A stretch of DNA of 41,546 bases from positions 1 through 41,546 of IMG/VR virus record IMGVR_UViG_3300017914_002042; one strand, given 5' to 3'. This document shows positions 9,514-17,555 of the stretch, piece after piece; position 1 is the first letter of the stretch; every line of letters begins with the position of its first letter. The notes under the pieces were generated by a model. The model made no database searches and was not told where the DNA came from. It saw only the letters and a list, made by a program, of their open reading frames with translations. A program made the translations under genes and the position numbers. Source of the stretch: a virus. Its lineage: Duplodnaviria > Caudoviricetes.

Positions 9514-9978
9514 TTATCCTATTTTACTATTTGCTATAGGTTTTATTCCAACCGATTCTTGATATCTAATAATATGCCTTGCTTCTAAATCAGCAGTATT
9601 TTGATAACACATTTCTTTACCAGTTGAAAAATCAACCATTTTACCTTCAGCTAATCTAATATATAATCTTGGATTTTTACTTTTATATAACTCATCAAAT
9701 ACTAAAGTCATATACTCATTGGGGTGATTATGTCTATATCTATTTAATCTACCAATAGCGTCTCTATCACTTTGACCAAATTTTAAAATTTTGTCTTCAG
9801 TAGCAAAGAAATAGTTTAATGGTTGATTGCAATCTAATTTATTGATTTCCCAAAGATATTCTAACTTTTTAGTATTATTTCTTGTAGTAGATTTTTTTAT
9901 ATACGCTGCTAAAGTATATGGTTCGTCAATATAATCTGACGAAGTCCAATATTTTGTGTTATTATAATTATCGACCAT
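9514..9978 (-). CDS. GIY-YIG-like nuclease family protein
   Basis: LNYFF...ILKFGQS...GRL..Y and a later LE...I..Y pattern; very AT-rich. Confidence 0.45.
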   Translation of the reverse strand: MVDNYNNTKYWTSSDYIDEPYTLAAYIKKSTTRNNTKKLEYLWEINKLDCNQPLNYFFATEDKILKFGQSDRDAIGRLNRYRHNHPNEYMTLVFDELYKSKNPRLYIRLAEGKMVDFSTGKEMCYQNTADLEARHIIRYQESVGIKPIANSKIG

Positions 9979-9981
9979 TAT

Positions 9982-10257
9982 TTATGTTTTACTATTTACT
10001 AAAATATAGTGATATCCACATTGTGTTTGTACTGGACCTACTACTTCATTAACGGGAGCTTCCCAAACCGCTTTATCAAACTCTGGCAACATTTGCCCAG
10101 GTCCAAAAAATCCTAGATGTCCACCTCTTTGAGCACTATTGCAATCTGAATGTTGCTTAGCCATCTCAGTAAAGTTTTCAACCGTGATTTTGTCTTTTAA
10201 GTCAGTAGCTTCTGCTTCTGTCCTTACTAGAATATGTTGTGCTGATGCTTGTTTCAT
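9982..10257 (-). CDS. ppiC: Parvulin-type peptidyl-prolyl cis-trans isomerase
   Basis: HILV...F.EMAKQHSDC.SAQRGG.LGFF.PGQM.PEFDKAVW...GPVQTQ.GYH.I, single-domain PpiC size. Confidence 0.93.
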   Translation of the reverse strand: MKQASAQHILVRTEAEATDLKDKITVENFTEMAKQHSDCNSAQRGGHLGFFGPGQMLPEFDKAVWEAPVNEVVGPVQTQCGYHYILVNSKT

Positions 10258-10388
10258 TATCCTTGTCCTCTATATGGTTTAATATAATGTTTAGATTGTT
10301 TCAAACGAGATGTTTTGCGTTTTGCATGAATCCCTCGTCGCCTTACTTTTTTAGTTTCTGTTTTACCAATATTGGCGTGTTTTGCCAT
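10257..10388 (-). CDS. Small highly basic protein (43 aa)
   Basis: Manual translation MAKHANIGKTETKKVRRRGIHAKRKTSRLKQSKHYIKPYRGQG*; AGGAG RBS; fills the gap exactly. Confidence 0.7.
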   Translation of the reverse strand: MAKHANIGKTETKKVRRRGIHAKRKTSRLKQSKHYIKPYRGQG

Positions 10389-10391
10389 CTC

Positions 10392-10637
10392 CTAAAATAA
10401 TGTTGCTGTTGAGGACTTAACTATGTTTCTCTTCATAGCTTCGACCTCAAGTTTGTTTTTCAGTGGCCCTTTCTTAATCAACTTAGCCACATCTTCTGGT
10501 TCAAGTTGACGTTGTTCACATATCTCGCAGATTGCTTCTGAATAACTCATGTTATCTTTTTTAACTAGAAACTCTACGAGTTCGATAAGCTCAACTAATG
10601 TGAGCTTAGTTTTAATTGTTGGTTTTTGTTTTGCCAT
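10392..10637 (-). CDS. gp33: Late transcription coactivator gp33
   Basis: VE.LV....MSYSEAI..ICE...LEPEDVAKLI...LKNKLEVEA; gp33-gp59-gp32 synteny. Confidence 0.85.
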   Translation of the reverse strand: MAKQKPTIKTKLTLVELIELVEFLVKKDNMSYSEAICEICEQRQLEPEDVAKLIKKGPLKNKLEVEAMKRNIVKSSTATLF

Positions 10638-11806
10638 TACTTACTCCATAATAGTAGTGTGTGTTCGTTACATCTTCCATTTGGAGTAGTAACTTTAGTT
10701 TTTGTAGATTCTTTAATATTGTCCAATGCTTTGGCTTTATCTTTTTTATTCAATGCAGCTTTAACATCGTCGTAAACTTTTTCTCGAACGGTGAATGTAT
10801 AACTCTTTGACTCATCAAAGTCTTTAATAGAAGTACCTTTAACGGATAATCCATCTCGAGTCAATGATTGATACTTAGCCAACTTTCGAGTCTTAACATT
10901 GTATGTGTAGAGAATCATTGCTCCACAGATACGTACTGGTGGTATAGACTTTAAGTCATCAGAGTCTGTAAGATAATTGAGTTTCTCCACTTGCTTAATT
11001 GCAGGTTTGGTCTTCTTGACTCTCACTATTGCTTTCTTGTTAGCAAGCTCATACTTCTCAACCTGTTCTTTCATCTTCTCAAAAGTTTTAATCCACTTAT
11101 TGAGTTCTCTTCGAGTCAGAAACGAATATGCTTCTACGCATTGCTCACATTCACCTGAGTGAGCATCTCTTAAGTCTATCAAATATTTATCGAGAAAGTC
11201 GTGAACAAACTTACAACCTTTTGCAGGAATGTTTGCTCCACCCAATAGCTGAGTAAGATTAATTGGCTTTACTTCATCAAAACCATTTACCCATTCGTCT
11301 AGAGCCCAATCAAGGTGACAGATAACTTCTGAGTGAACTTTATCTTCTAAACGTTTCATCGGTGGAATCACCGGAGCCTTTGGTTTCTCTGGCTCATCAT
11401 CTTCAGTTGGTTCAGTATGTTCTTGCGACATATATCGAACCATTGAAGAGATTTTAGTTTCAACTACTTTTCTGAAATCTTTTCCGTCATGTTCAGCCGG
11501 CATACCCATCATAATCATACGAGCAATCTTAGCTTCAGTGGCGACTGATACTTCTCGACCACATCTGCGTACCTTCTTAATATCATCTGGCGAATGGCCA
11601 TGTGATACCATGTATTCCATCAACAGATTTTTAAAATCATCAACATCTAAGTAATAGGTGTAGAAGTTAAATCCTCTAAGTAACCTATCTCTAAATTGTG
11701 CCTCTGAAAGTTCTGCGGAATCTTCCCATGTTGGTTCAGTTCCTGTATGATTTACGTCCGTTGGATTTACCAACCCATTCTTTAAAAATTTACTTTTCTT
11801 ACTCAT
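10637..11806 (-). CDS. Hypothetical phage protein (389 aa)
   Basis: Long ORF, coupled to gp33, behind an early promoter; no function recognised. Confidence 0.75.
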   Translation of the reverse strand: MSKKSKFLKNGLVNPTDVNHTGTEPTWEDSAELSEAQFRDRLLRGFNFYTYYLDVDDFKNLLMEYMVSHGHSPDDIKKVRRCGREVSVATEAKIARMIMMGMPAEHDGKDFRKVVETKISSMVRYMSQEHTEPTEDDEPEKPKAPVIPPMKRLEDKVHSEVICHLDWALDEWVNGFDEVKPINLTQLLGGANIPAKGCKFVHDFLDKYLIDLRDAHSGECEQCVEAYSFLTRRELNKWIKTFEKMKEQVEKYELANKKAIVRVKKTKPAIKQVEKLNYLTDSDDLKSIPPVRICGAMILYTYNVKTRKLAKYQSLTRDGLSVKGTSIKDFDESKSYTFTVREKVYDDVKAALNKKDKAKALDNIKESTKTKVTTPNGRCNEHTLLLWSK

Positions 11807-11815
11807 AATTTAAAT

Positions 11816-11844
11816 ACTCTACACTATTCCTTTCTCAATGTCAA
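11816..11844 (-). promoter_or_regulatory. Sigma70-like early promoter
   Basis: TTGACA-N17-TAGAGT upstream of the 389-aa ORF. Confidence 0.6.
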
Positions 11845-11996
11845 TTCTTAAATGTTGCAATTACTATTAGCATAACAAAGATACTCAAGCTACTTAAAGT
11901 TAGATACCAAGGTCCTTTTGCTATAATGTTAAAACAGATTGCGATTGGCCATGCAATCAGTAATGCGTTTAAATATTTGTCTTGTGTGAATTTCAT
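11841..11996 (-). CDS. Small two-TM membrane protein (51 aa)
   Basis: Manual translation MKFTQDKYLNALLIAWPIAICFNIIAKGPWYLTLSSLSIFVMLIVIATFKN*; ATG overlaps the stop of the upstream hydrolase. Confidence 0.55.
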   Translation of the reverse strand: MKFTQDKYLNALLIAWPIAICFNIIAKGPWYLTLSSLSIFVMLIVIATFKN

Positions 11997-12406
11997 TTAT
12001 AAAATATATGCCTTCCTATTTTTACAGTTTTTGTTAGTGACTTTGCCCAGTATGGGTCCACGTAGTCAGCGTGATAATGGTCAGCACCCTTTGTATAATT
12101 TGATTGTTTTCCTAGAATGTTTTGCGCAATTTTCCAACGAGGGTGCTTCTTTGCAAATTGGATTGTTTTTTCGATATCTTTATCATTCCAGCATGAAAAT
12201 TGTTTTCTTTGTAAACAGACTTCAGCAGGAGTCATCTTTCTTTTTTTGGCTCGAGTCATAATGACTTCATAAATCGCTTCAAGAGCTCCTATGTGATATT
12301 CTCCGCCTGCTTCAAGTATGATAGTCGTAACTACAATATCATTATCTGTTGCTGCATTTGCAACTCCACAGATTAAAAGTGATGCTATAAGTAAGTGTCT
12401 AATCAT
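11993..12406 (-). CDS. SleB/Hydrolase_2 family cell wall hydrolase with signal peptide
   Basis: Signal peptide, TIILEAGGE, VI.TR, QFSCWN, TKGADHYHADYVDPYWAK...IGRHIFYK. Confidence 0.9.
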   Translation of the reverse strand: MIRHLLIASLLICGVANAATDNDIVVTTIILEAGGEYHIGALEAIYEVIMTRAKKRKMTPAEVCLQRKQFSCWNDKDIEKTIQFAKKHPRWKIAQNILGKQSNYTKGADHYHADYVDPYWAKSLTKTVKIGRHIFYK

Positions 12407-12621
12407 ACCATTTCTATTTCTACATAAACTCCCCAATATTGGTCAAATATTGGAATCATGCCTTCAACCGTTGTCATAGACCAAATAGCATCACCTACAT
12501 CTGAAGTGATTTGTGAATCTGTATCTGTCCACTGTGAATACATGTTATTTAAACGAAGTAGAGTGTCTTTCGACCCTTGTACGTCGTTCCTATTTAATTT
12601 TACTTTTACTTTTTCTATCAT
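12403..12621 (-). CDS. Hypothetical protein
   Basis: 72-aa ORF with 4-nt overlaps to both neighbours. Confidence 0.6.
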   Translation of the reverse strand: MIEKVKVKLNRNDVQGSKDTLLRLNNMYSQWTDTDSQITSDVGDAIWSMTTVEGMIPIFDQYWGVYVEIEMV

Positions 12622-12749
12622 AAATATGTTCCCATTAAATCTAGTTCATCTTGAATGTCGTCCTCAGTTGGAGCAATTGGCTCATGGTCGACAATAGGGT
12701 CAAGTGGTTCTAATTCTTTTTCGTTTGGTTCTTGGTTCTCGTTCCACAT
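12618..12749 (-). CDS. Small acidic protein (43 aa)
   Basis: Manual translation MWNENQEPNEKELEPLDPIVDHEPIAPTEDDIQDELDLMGTYL*; GGAG upstream, ATGA overlap downstream. Confidence 0.55.
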   Translation of the reverse strand: MWNENQEPNEKELEPLDPIVDHEPIAPTEDDIQDELDLMGTYL

Positions 12750-12767
12750 AGTTCTTTATTCTCCGTT

Positions 12768-12968
12768 CTAATTAAAAATTGAATCTTGGCATGTCTGACA
12801 CATACCTGATATTGTATACTCTCTGTGAGACAATTCGTCTCTAAATTCATTTGCTTTGCCATCACATGTCATACATATGTTGGCTCCGATATAAGACCGA
12901 CGATTTTTACCCGTCAGTGCTGCTATTGCTGACTCTACTGATGAATGTTTTTCTATTGCTTGACTCAT
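12768..12968 (-). CDS. Small Zn-finger-like protein
   Basis: CMTC...FRDELSHREYTISGMCQTCQD, two CxxC pairs. Confidence 0.7.
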   Translation of the reverse strand: MSQAIEKHSSVESAIAALTGKNRRSYIGANICMTCDGKANEFRDELSHREYTISGMCQTCQDSIFN

Positions 12969-13198
12969 AATCCTACTCCATTAAATATTTCATTCTGTTC
13001 AGCCAAATCCTCACACATTGTATCGAGAGCTCCTTGAGCATCTGACGTCACATAACAATTGTTGTTATTCGACCATTTCAGAGCGCCCTCTTCTGAAATG
13101 TCAACCTCATAATTGGCAGCTTTGTTCCAAAGAACGAAGGTACCTAAACCATAATCTAAAACGTAATCTTCAGCCATTAGTATTTCACTCCTGTCCAA
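12965..13198 (-). CDS. Hypothetical protein
   Basis: Acidic ORF in the early gene run; true start may be MAED at about 13177. Confidence 0.6.
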   Translation of the reverse strand: MDRSEILMAEDYVLDYGLGTFVLWNKAANYEVDISEEGALKWSNNNNCYVTSDAQGALDTMCEDLAEQNEIFNGVGL

Positions 13199-13623
13199 CA
13201 GATTTTATTTTTTAATGACTCGACCGTGTCATCAATAATATTTCCTCGAGCGAAGTTTCTCGCCGGAGCTTTCCAACTGGCTGACTTCAAAATGTCGCCA
13301 TATTTAAAATCTTTATCATTCTTAGAATTGACAATGAAGCAATGAACAGAACGTCCGCCACTCTTGTAACTCAGTTTGATATATTTGGAGCCTAAATGCT
13401 CTTTCATAGAGGAAGCATATTCATAATAAGCTCTCTCTGAATAATTCTCTGAATCTTTACAATCGATAGCTGACTTATCTTCATCGATTTTGGACCACTT
13501 TTTATAGGCTTCGGAAGCTAGACATTTTAATAAATCAATGGCATCAACCATTGAACGACCCGGTTTGACCAGGTGGTGATCGTCACTGAAATCGTGACCT
13601 AGAATTTTAATTTTGTTACTCAT
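13177..13623 (-). CDS. Conserved phage early protein
   Basis: SVHCFI...GDILKSASWKAPARNFARGNI motif recalled from many large phages; first gene after an early promoter. Confidence 0.75.
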   Translation of the reverse strand: MSNKIKILGHDFSDDHHLVKPGRSMVDAIDLLKCLASEAYKKWSKIDEDKSAIDCKDSENYSERAYYEYASSMKEHLGSKYIKLSYKSGGRSVHCFIVNSKNDKDFKYGDILKSASWKAPARNFARGNIIDDTVESLKNKICWTGVKY

Positions 13624-13655
13624 AATAATTTTACCTTTCTCAATCTTATATTATA

Positions 13656-13715
13656 ATAGTACGATACAATATCTGTTCTGTCAATAAAAAAATCACTAAA
13701 AAATGCATTTTTTTC
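13656..13715 (-). promoter_or_regulatory. Early promoter repeat, copy 1 (TTGACA-N17-TACTAT plus AT-rich palindromic upstream element)
   Basis: -10 at 13656-13661, -35 at 13679-13684, AAAAAATGCATTTTTT further upstream. Confidence 0.8.
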
Positions 13716-13718
13716 AGT

Positions 13719-13997
13719 TTATTGTGGCAATATTTTATCCCAGTCGTCAACATTATATCCCTCTGTCATTAGCAGATTTTTAACATCTTGCTTATCTTTA
13801 TATCCGTAAACATCATCGCCGGAGTTTCTCCACTCTGGTATTTTCGTAAATTTTCCGTCTACGATATAAGCTACTTCATATTGCGTATAAGGCCCTGTAG
13901 GAGTCTTTGGATAGCAATAGTGGTAAGGTCCCGCTTGTACTGATAAAAGCCCATCGCGGAACGGTACCGGCTCATTATATTTAACTTCTTCCATCAT
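13719..13997 (-). CDS. Hypothetical early protein
   Basis: 92 aa, LSVQAG..HYCYP...Y..YEV motif. Confidence 0.7.
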   Translation of the reverse strand: MMEEVKYNEPVPFRDGLLSVQAGPYHYCYPKTPTGPYTQYEVAYIVDGKFTKIPEWRNSGDDVYGYKDKQDVKNLLMTEGYNVDDWDKILPQ

Positions 13998-14000
13998 AAA

Positions 14001-14225
14001 TTATCTTTCTAAAATAACGTATTCGCCGAATTCGTCATCAAATCTGTGAATTAAATCTTCATAACTACCTGACATTAGGTCTTTGGTGAGACTCTCAATT
14101 TTGTCTTTTGCATACTCTAATTGAGTTGCCAATTTTCTGGCCACTCCAATCAAATAGAAGGCATTACCTTCGGGCCCCGTCAAATCGAGGACAATGTGAG
14201 TTTTTTCTATTTTTTCTCTAATCAT
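14001..14225 (-). CDS. Conserved hypothetical early protein
   Basis: LDLTGPEGNAF.L.G.A...M.G.YE.L...FD..FG motif recalled from phage proteins. Confidence 0.75.
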   Translation of the reverse strand: MIREKIEKTHIVLDLTGPEGNAFYLIGVARKLATQLEYAKDKIESLTKDLMSGSYEDLIHRFDDEFGEYVILER

Positions 14226-14231
14226 ATTATT

Positions 14232-14290
14232 ATAGTACGATAGGATATAGCCAATGTCAATAAAAAATATGCTAAAAATGCATTTTTTTC
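14232..14290 (-). promoter_or_regulatory. Early promoter repeat, copy 2
   Basis: -10 TACTAT at 14232-14237, -35 TTGACA at 14255-14260, AAAAATGCATTTTT upstream; aligns with copy 1. Confidence 0.8.
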
Positions 14291-14305
14291 TGTGACTTTT
14301 GAATG

Positions 14306-14313
14306 TATAAATA
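14306..14313 (+). promoter_or_regulatory. Late promoter TATAAATA
   Basis: Exact match 19 nt before the ATG at 14333. Confidence 0.75.
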
Positions 14314-14332
14314 GAGAAAAGGATTTAATATT

Positions 14333-15310
14333 ATGCCAATAAAAGTACGTACTACAGACGGATTTAATGCAGGATTGACGGCAGGTACGAATATACCTGG
14401 AAATGGTTCACCTTCAGTTTCATCTACTCCACTTACCCATAAAGACTTAGATAATAACTTTAAGTCTGTCTGGCCAGTAGGTTCTGTTTATTTTAATATA
14501 TCAACAGATATAAATCCTCGTCAACTTCTTGGTTTTGGAACATGGCAACCTTTTGGGGAAAAAACTGTTTTAGTTGGAAAAGTAGATGGTATACCACCAG
14601 AAAGCGGAATAGTATCACGAAAAATTACTGCGGCTAAACCATTAGTTTCTCGTGCTCGCAATGACGATAGAGGACAAATTGGTGCAATCACTAATTCTAG
14701 AATAGAAATAACACTTACACCAGATAATGCTCCTTTTTCTGTTGGGCAAAAAATAACTCTTAGCGGATTAACAAATTCTGAAAATAATAGTGTTATTTTA
14801 AATAGAGAAAGAGAAATTTTATCTCTTGGTGATGCAAATGGAAATTCTAGAGGAACAAAATTAATGGTCGATTATTCCTCGCCGTCTTCAGATACTTCAA
14901 ATAATGCCGGTATTTTTGGACGTGGGAGTACTTCTTCTATAAGCGTATCTTCTGATGCTCGAGCCACTTTATTTGGAACTTTGTATAGTAATCTTTCGCC
15001 TTATATGTTAAAAGGTCAAGGCGGAGAGTTTTCTCATAATCTAACGAGAGACGAAATGCCAAAACATAGACATGCGGCTGATTTAGTAGAAGATGGTAGG
15101 TCTGGCAATCAAAGAGAAGCTGATATTGAATACCTTAATAGACCTGCAATCAGAGCATCTGATGGTGGAAATGATAGCATAAAATTATCAGGTCGAGCTC
15201 ATGGTGGTGGTACAAGTAATAGAGACAATTTAAATAGTACAATGAGAGGATTCTCTCACGAAAATACAATGCCATTTGTGACGTGTTATATGTGGCTTAG
15301 GGTTTATTAA
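14333..15310 (+). CDS. Baseplate gp10 C-terminal / tail-collar-like protein, paralog 1
   Basis: LTHKDLDNNF, WPVGSVY...NP..LLGFGTW, GGEFSHNLT.DEMP.H.H, HENTMPF...YMWLRV. Confidence 0.75.
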   Translation: MPIKVRTTDGFNAGLTAGTNIPGNGSPSVSSTPLTHKDLDNNFKSVWPVGSVYFNISTDINPRQLLGFGTWQPFGEKTVLVGKVDGIPPESGIVSRKITAAKPLVSRARNDDRGQIGAITNSRIEITLTPDNAPFSVGQKITLSGLTNSENNSVILNREREILSLGDANGNSRGTKLMVDYSSPSSDTSNNAGIFGRGSTSSISVSSDARATLFGTLYSNLSPYMLKGQGGEFSHNLTRDEMPKHRHAADLVEDGRSGNQREADIEYLNRPAIRASDGGNDSIKLSGRAHGGGTSNRDNLNSTMRGFSHENTMPFVTCYMWLRVY

Positions 15311-15311
15311 T

Positions 15312-15824
15312 ATGGCTTACACATCTAGAATATCAAAAGGTTCTGAGTTAACCACAATTGAATTAGATAATAACTTTTTATGTCATTATCCGATAGGTTC
15401 TCTTTACATTAATGCTTTAAAACATTCAAGTCCTCTTACAATGATTGGTTATGGAAAATGGGAAAAATATGCTGAAGGTTATGTATTGATGAGCGCTGAT
15501 TCACCTACTATACAACAACTAGGTGATAGACCAGATGACCCTAAGAGTGGTAATTCACCAGATTATTTTTCACCTGGAGTAACAGGTGGTTCACCATCAG
15601 TAAAGATTACTGATTTGATTAGACATAACCATGAATGGATTGATTATGGCGGATATGATGGAAGATATAGAATGCAAGGTACACAAAAGTTCAGAAACAA
15701 TGGTAATACTAGACACTATTATAGACTCGGTGGTTCATATAACTCAAGTTATAGCGGAAATGATGACCAGCATAATAATCTTCAACCCTATATCACCGTC
15801 AACATTTGGAAAAGAGTAAAGTAA
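15312..15824 (+). CDS. Baseplate gp10 C-terminal / tail-collar-like protein, paralog 2
   Basis: LTTIELDNNF, YPIGSLY, GYGKWE, HNH, HNNLQPYITVNIWKRV. Confidence 0.75.
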   Translation: MAYTSRISKGSELTTIELDNNFLCHYPIGSLYINALKHSSPLTMIGYGKWEKYAEGYVLMSADSPTIQQLGDRPDDPKSGNSPDYFSPGVTGGSPSVKITDLIRHNHEWIDYGGYDGRYRMQGTQKFRNNGNTRHYYRLGGSYNSSYSGNDDQHNNLQPYITVNIWKRVK

Positions 15825-15825
15825 T

Positions 15826-16983
15826 ATGGCACCCGTAAGATTATTAGATACACCTGGTTATTTTGTTATAACTAATGTTAATGCAGTCCTACCTGATGAA
15901 TATAGAGACTTGAAAAATAGAGGGTTTGATTTTACTCTCAATTCACCGGCAGGTTCAATACCAGGGTCGATAAAAACTTTAACCGAACAAACTAGAGGTG
16001 GAGGTTCTGAATATAGACCTTTAACATACCAAGAATTAGATACAAATTTTAAAGAGTTATACCCAATCGGTTCGGTTTACATGAATGCCGATGATGAAAG
16101 AAATCCTAGAGAGTTGATTGGATTTGGAGTTTGGGAAAGACTTTCAAGTGGTACGACTTTAATGGGTGTTGATGCTGGTATAGGTTCTTCAACCGACCCC
16201 CGTAATAAAATTCTTAATGCTTCAAAAACTGGTAATATAATAACTTTAAAATTACAAGCAAAACCAACAGCCGCGCAAGATGCAGAAAATCGTCTACAAC
16301 CTAATTCAGTTTCAAGCACATGGAGAAATAAAAGAAAATTTAATTACTATCCTGGTATGGATATTAATGTTCAAGGATTAAAGAAACCAAATGGAGAAGC
16401 GGGCCCTAGTGGTAAATTTACAATTCTTTCAGTTGATTCTGATTTGGGTGTAAATAATCAAATTGCTCCACAAGGTACTGATGAATTAGATAAAGCTGCA
16501 TCTGACCAAAACTTAATTAAAATTGTATATAGTGGAGATAATTCTTTTGAAGGTGATTATAATATTGGAGGTGCAAGTGATAGCTTTTCTGATAATGCTT
16601 ATGTGACTTATCACGATAAATCAGTCTTATCTAATGATACCAATTCATCTGGTAGAGTTGGAGTTGGAATCACAGGTGGAAAAAGATTAGCAGATGTTGA
16701 CCAACAACAATTCCCACCACACGCTCATGATTTTGCCTCTCTTCGTCAATCTAATAGAAGTGAAGCAGCGACTGGATATATCAAATCAACTAAAAAATGG
16801 TATCAATTTGATGATAAAGAGGAATGGGTAGAACAAGGTAATAAATCAGTACCATCTGGTACTAGTACAATAGATGAAACTGGCTATCGGTCCGATGTAG
16901 CAAGTCAAGGGAGTGGAACTTCTCAAACTCACGAAAATAGACAGCCTTATATGGCTGTCCATATGTGGAAAAGGATTCAGTAA
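15826..16983 (+). CDS. Baseplate gp10 C-terminal / tail-collar-like protein, paralog 3
   Basis: LTYQELDTNF, YPIGSVY...NPRELIGFGVWE, PPHAH, HENRQPYMAVHMWKRI. Confidence 0.75.
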   Translation: MAPVRLLDTPGYFVITNVNAVLPDEYRDLKNRGFDFTLNSPAGSIPGSIKTLTEQTRGGGSEYRPLTYQELDTNFKELYPIGSVYMNADDERNPRELIGFGVWERLSSGTTLMGVDAGIGSSTDPRNKILNASKTGNIITLKLQAKPTAAQDAENRLQPNSVSSTWRNKRKFNYYPGMDINVQGLKKPNGEAGPSGKFTILSVDSDLGVNNQIAPQGTDELDKAASDQNLIKIVYSGDNSFEGDYNIGGASDSFSDNAYVTYHDKSVLSNDTNSSGRVGVGITGGKRLADVDQQQFPPHAHDFASLRQSNRSEAATGYIKSTKKWYQFDDKEEWVEQGNKSVPSGTSTIDETGYRSDVASQGSGTSQTHENRQPYMAVHMWKRIQ

Positions 16984-17555
16984 TGCCTGGTGTAGTAAGA
17001 GTCGGTAAGGATAGTCATATTGGACATGCTTCAGGTACTCCGAATCCTTTTCATAGAACTAAATATTTAACCGGTTCTAGCAATGTCACGGTAAACGGAG
17101 TTCCAGTGGTTCGTGGTGGTGGAGTAGATAGAACAGCCTGCGGAGATGTGACAACTGGGTTATCCGGCAATGTCACTATAAATGGAATCGGTGTTCACCG
17201 AATCGGAGATTCAACTGCTGGACATGGTTCTTGGGGAGGTAATGCGGCTGCAAGTGGCTCTACAAATGTTTTTGCAAATGGAGGCAATCCAGTCGGAGAA
17301 GAATTGCCAGTAATTCCAGTTACTTTTTATTCTCAACAAAACGATCCGCCACCCTCTGACCCAGCACCACCGCCACCTGAAGCTCCGGCACCAGAAGAAT
17401 CTGCAGTTTCTCCTAAAAGTATTGTTGTTCCGTTATTAGTTGGTGGTACCAATAGTCCAGCTAATTTAGTATATGCATCAGATGGTACTTTATTAACAAC
17501 TGCAAATGTTAATGATAGCCCTGGTCAAATCAACACAAAACTAAGTTCTCTATAA
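16983..17555 (+). CDS. PAAR spike-tip protein (gp5.4-like) with Pro-rich C-terminal extension
   Basis: VVRVGKD.H.GH, GSSNVTVNG.PVVR, S.NVTING.GVHRIGD...GH, GS.NVFANG. Start placed at MPGVV (TAATG overlap). Confidence 0.88.
   Translation: MPGVVRVGKDSHIGHASGTPNPFHRTKYLTGSSNVTVNGVPVVRGGGVDRTACGDVTTGLSGNVTINGIGVHRIGDSTAGHGSWGGNAAASGSTNVFANGGNPVGEELPVIPVTFYSQQNDPPPSDPAPPPPEAPAPEESAVSPKSIVVPLLVGGTNSPANLVYASDGTLLTTANVNDSPGQINTKLSSL

Noticed and set aside
11926-12697. + strand ORFs 11926-12261 and 12458-12697
   Set aside because: Antisense to the SleB hydrolase and the coupled early genes.
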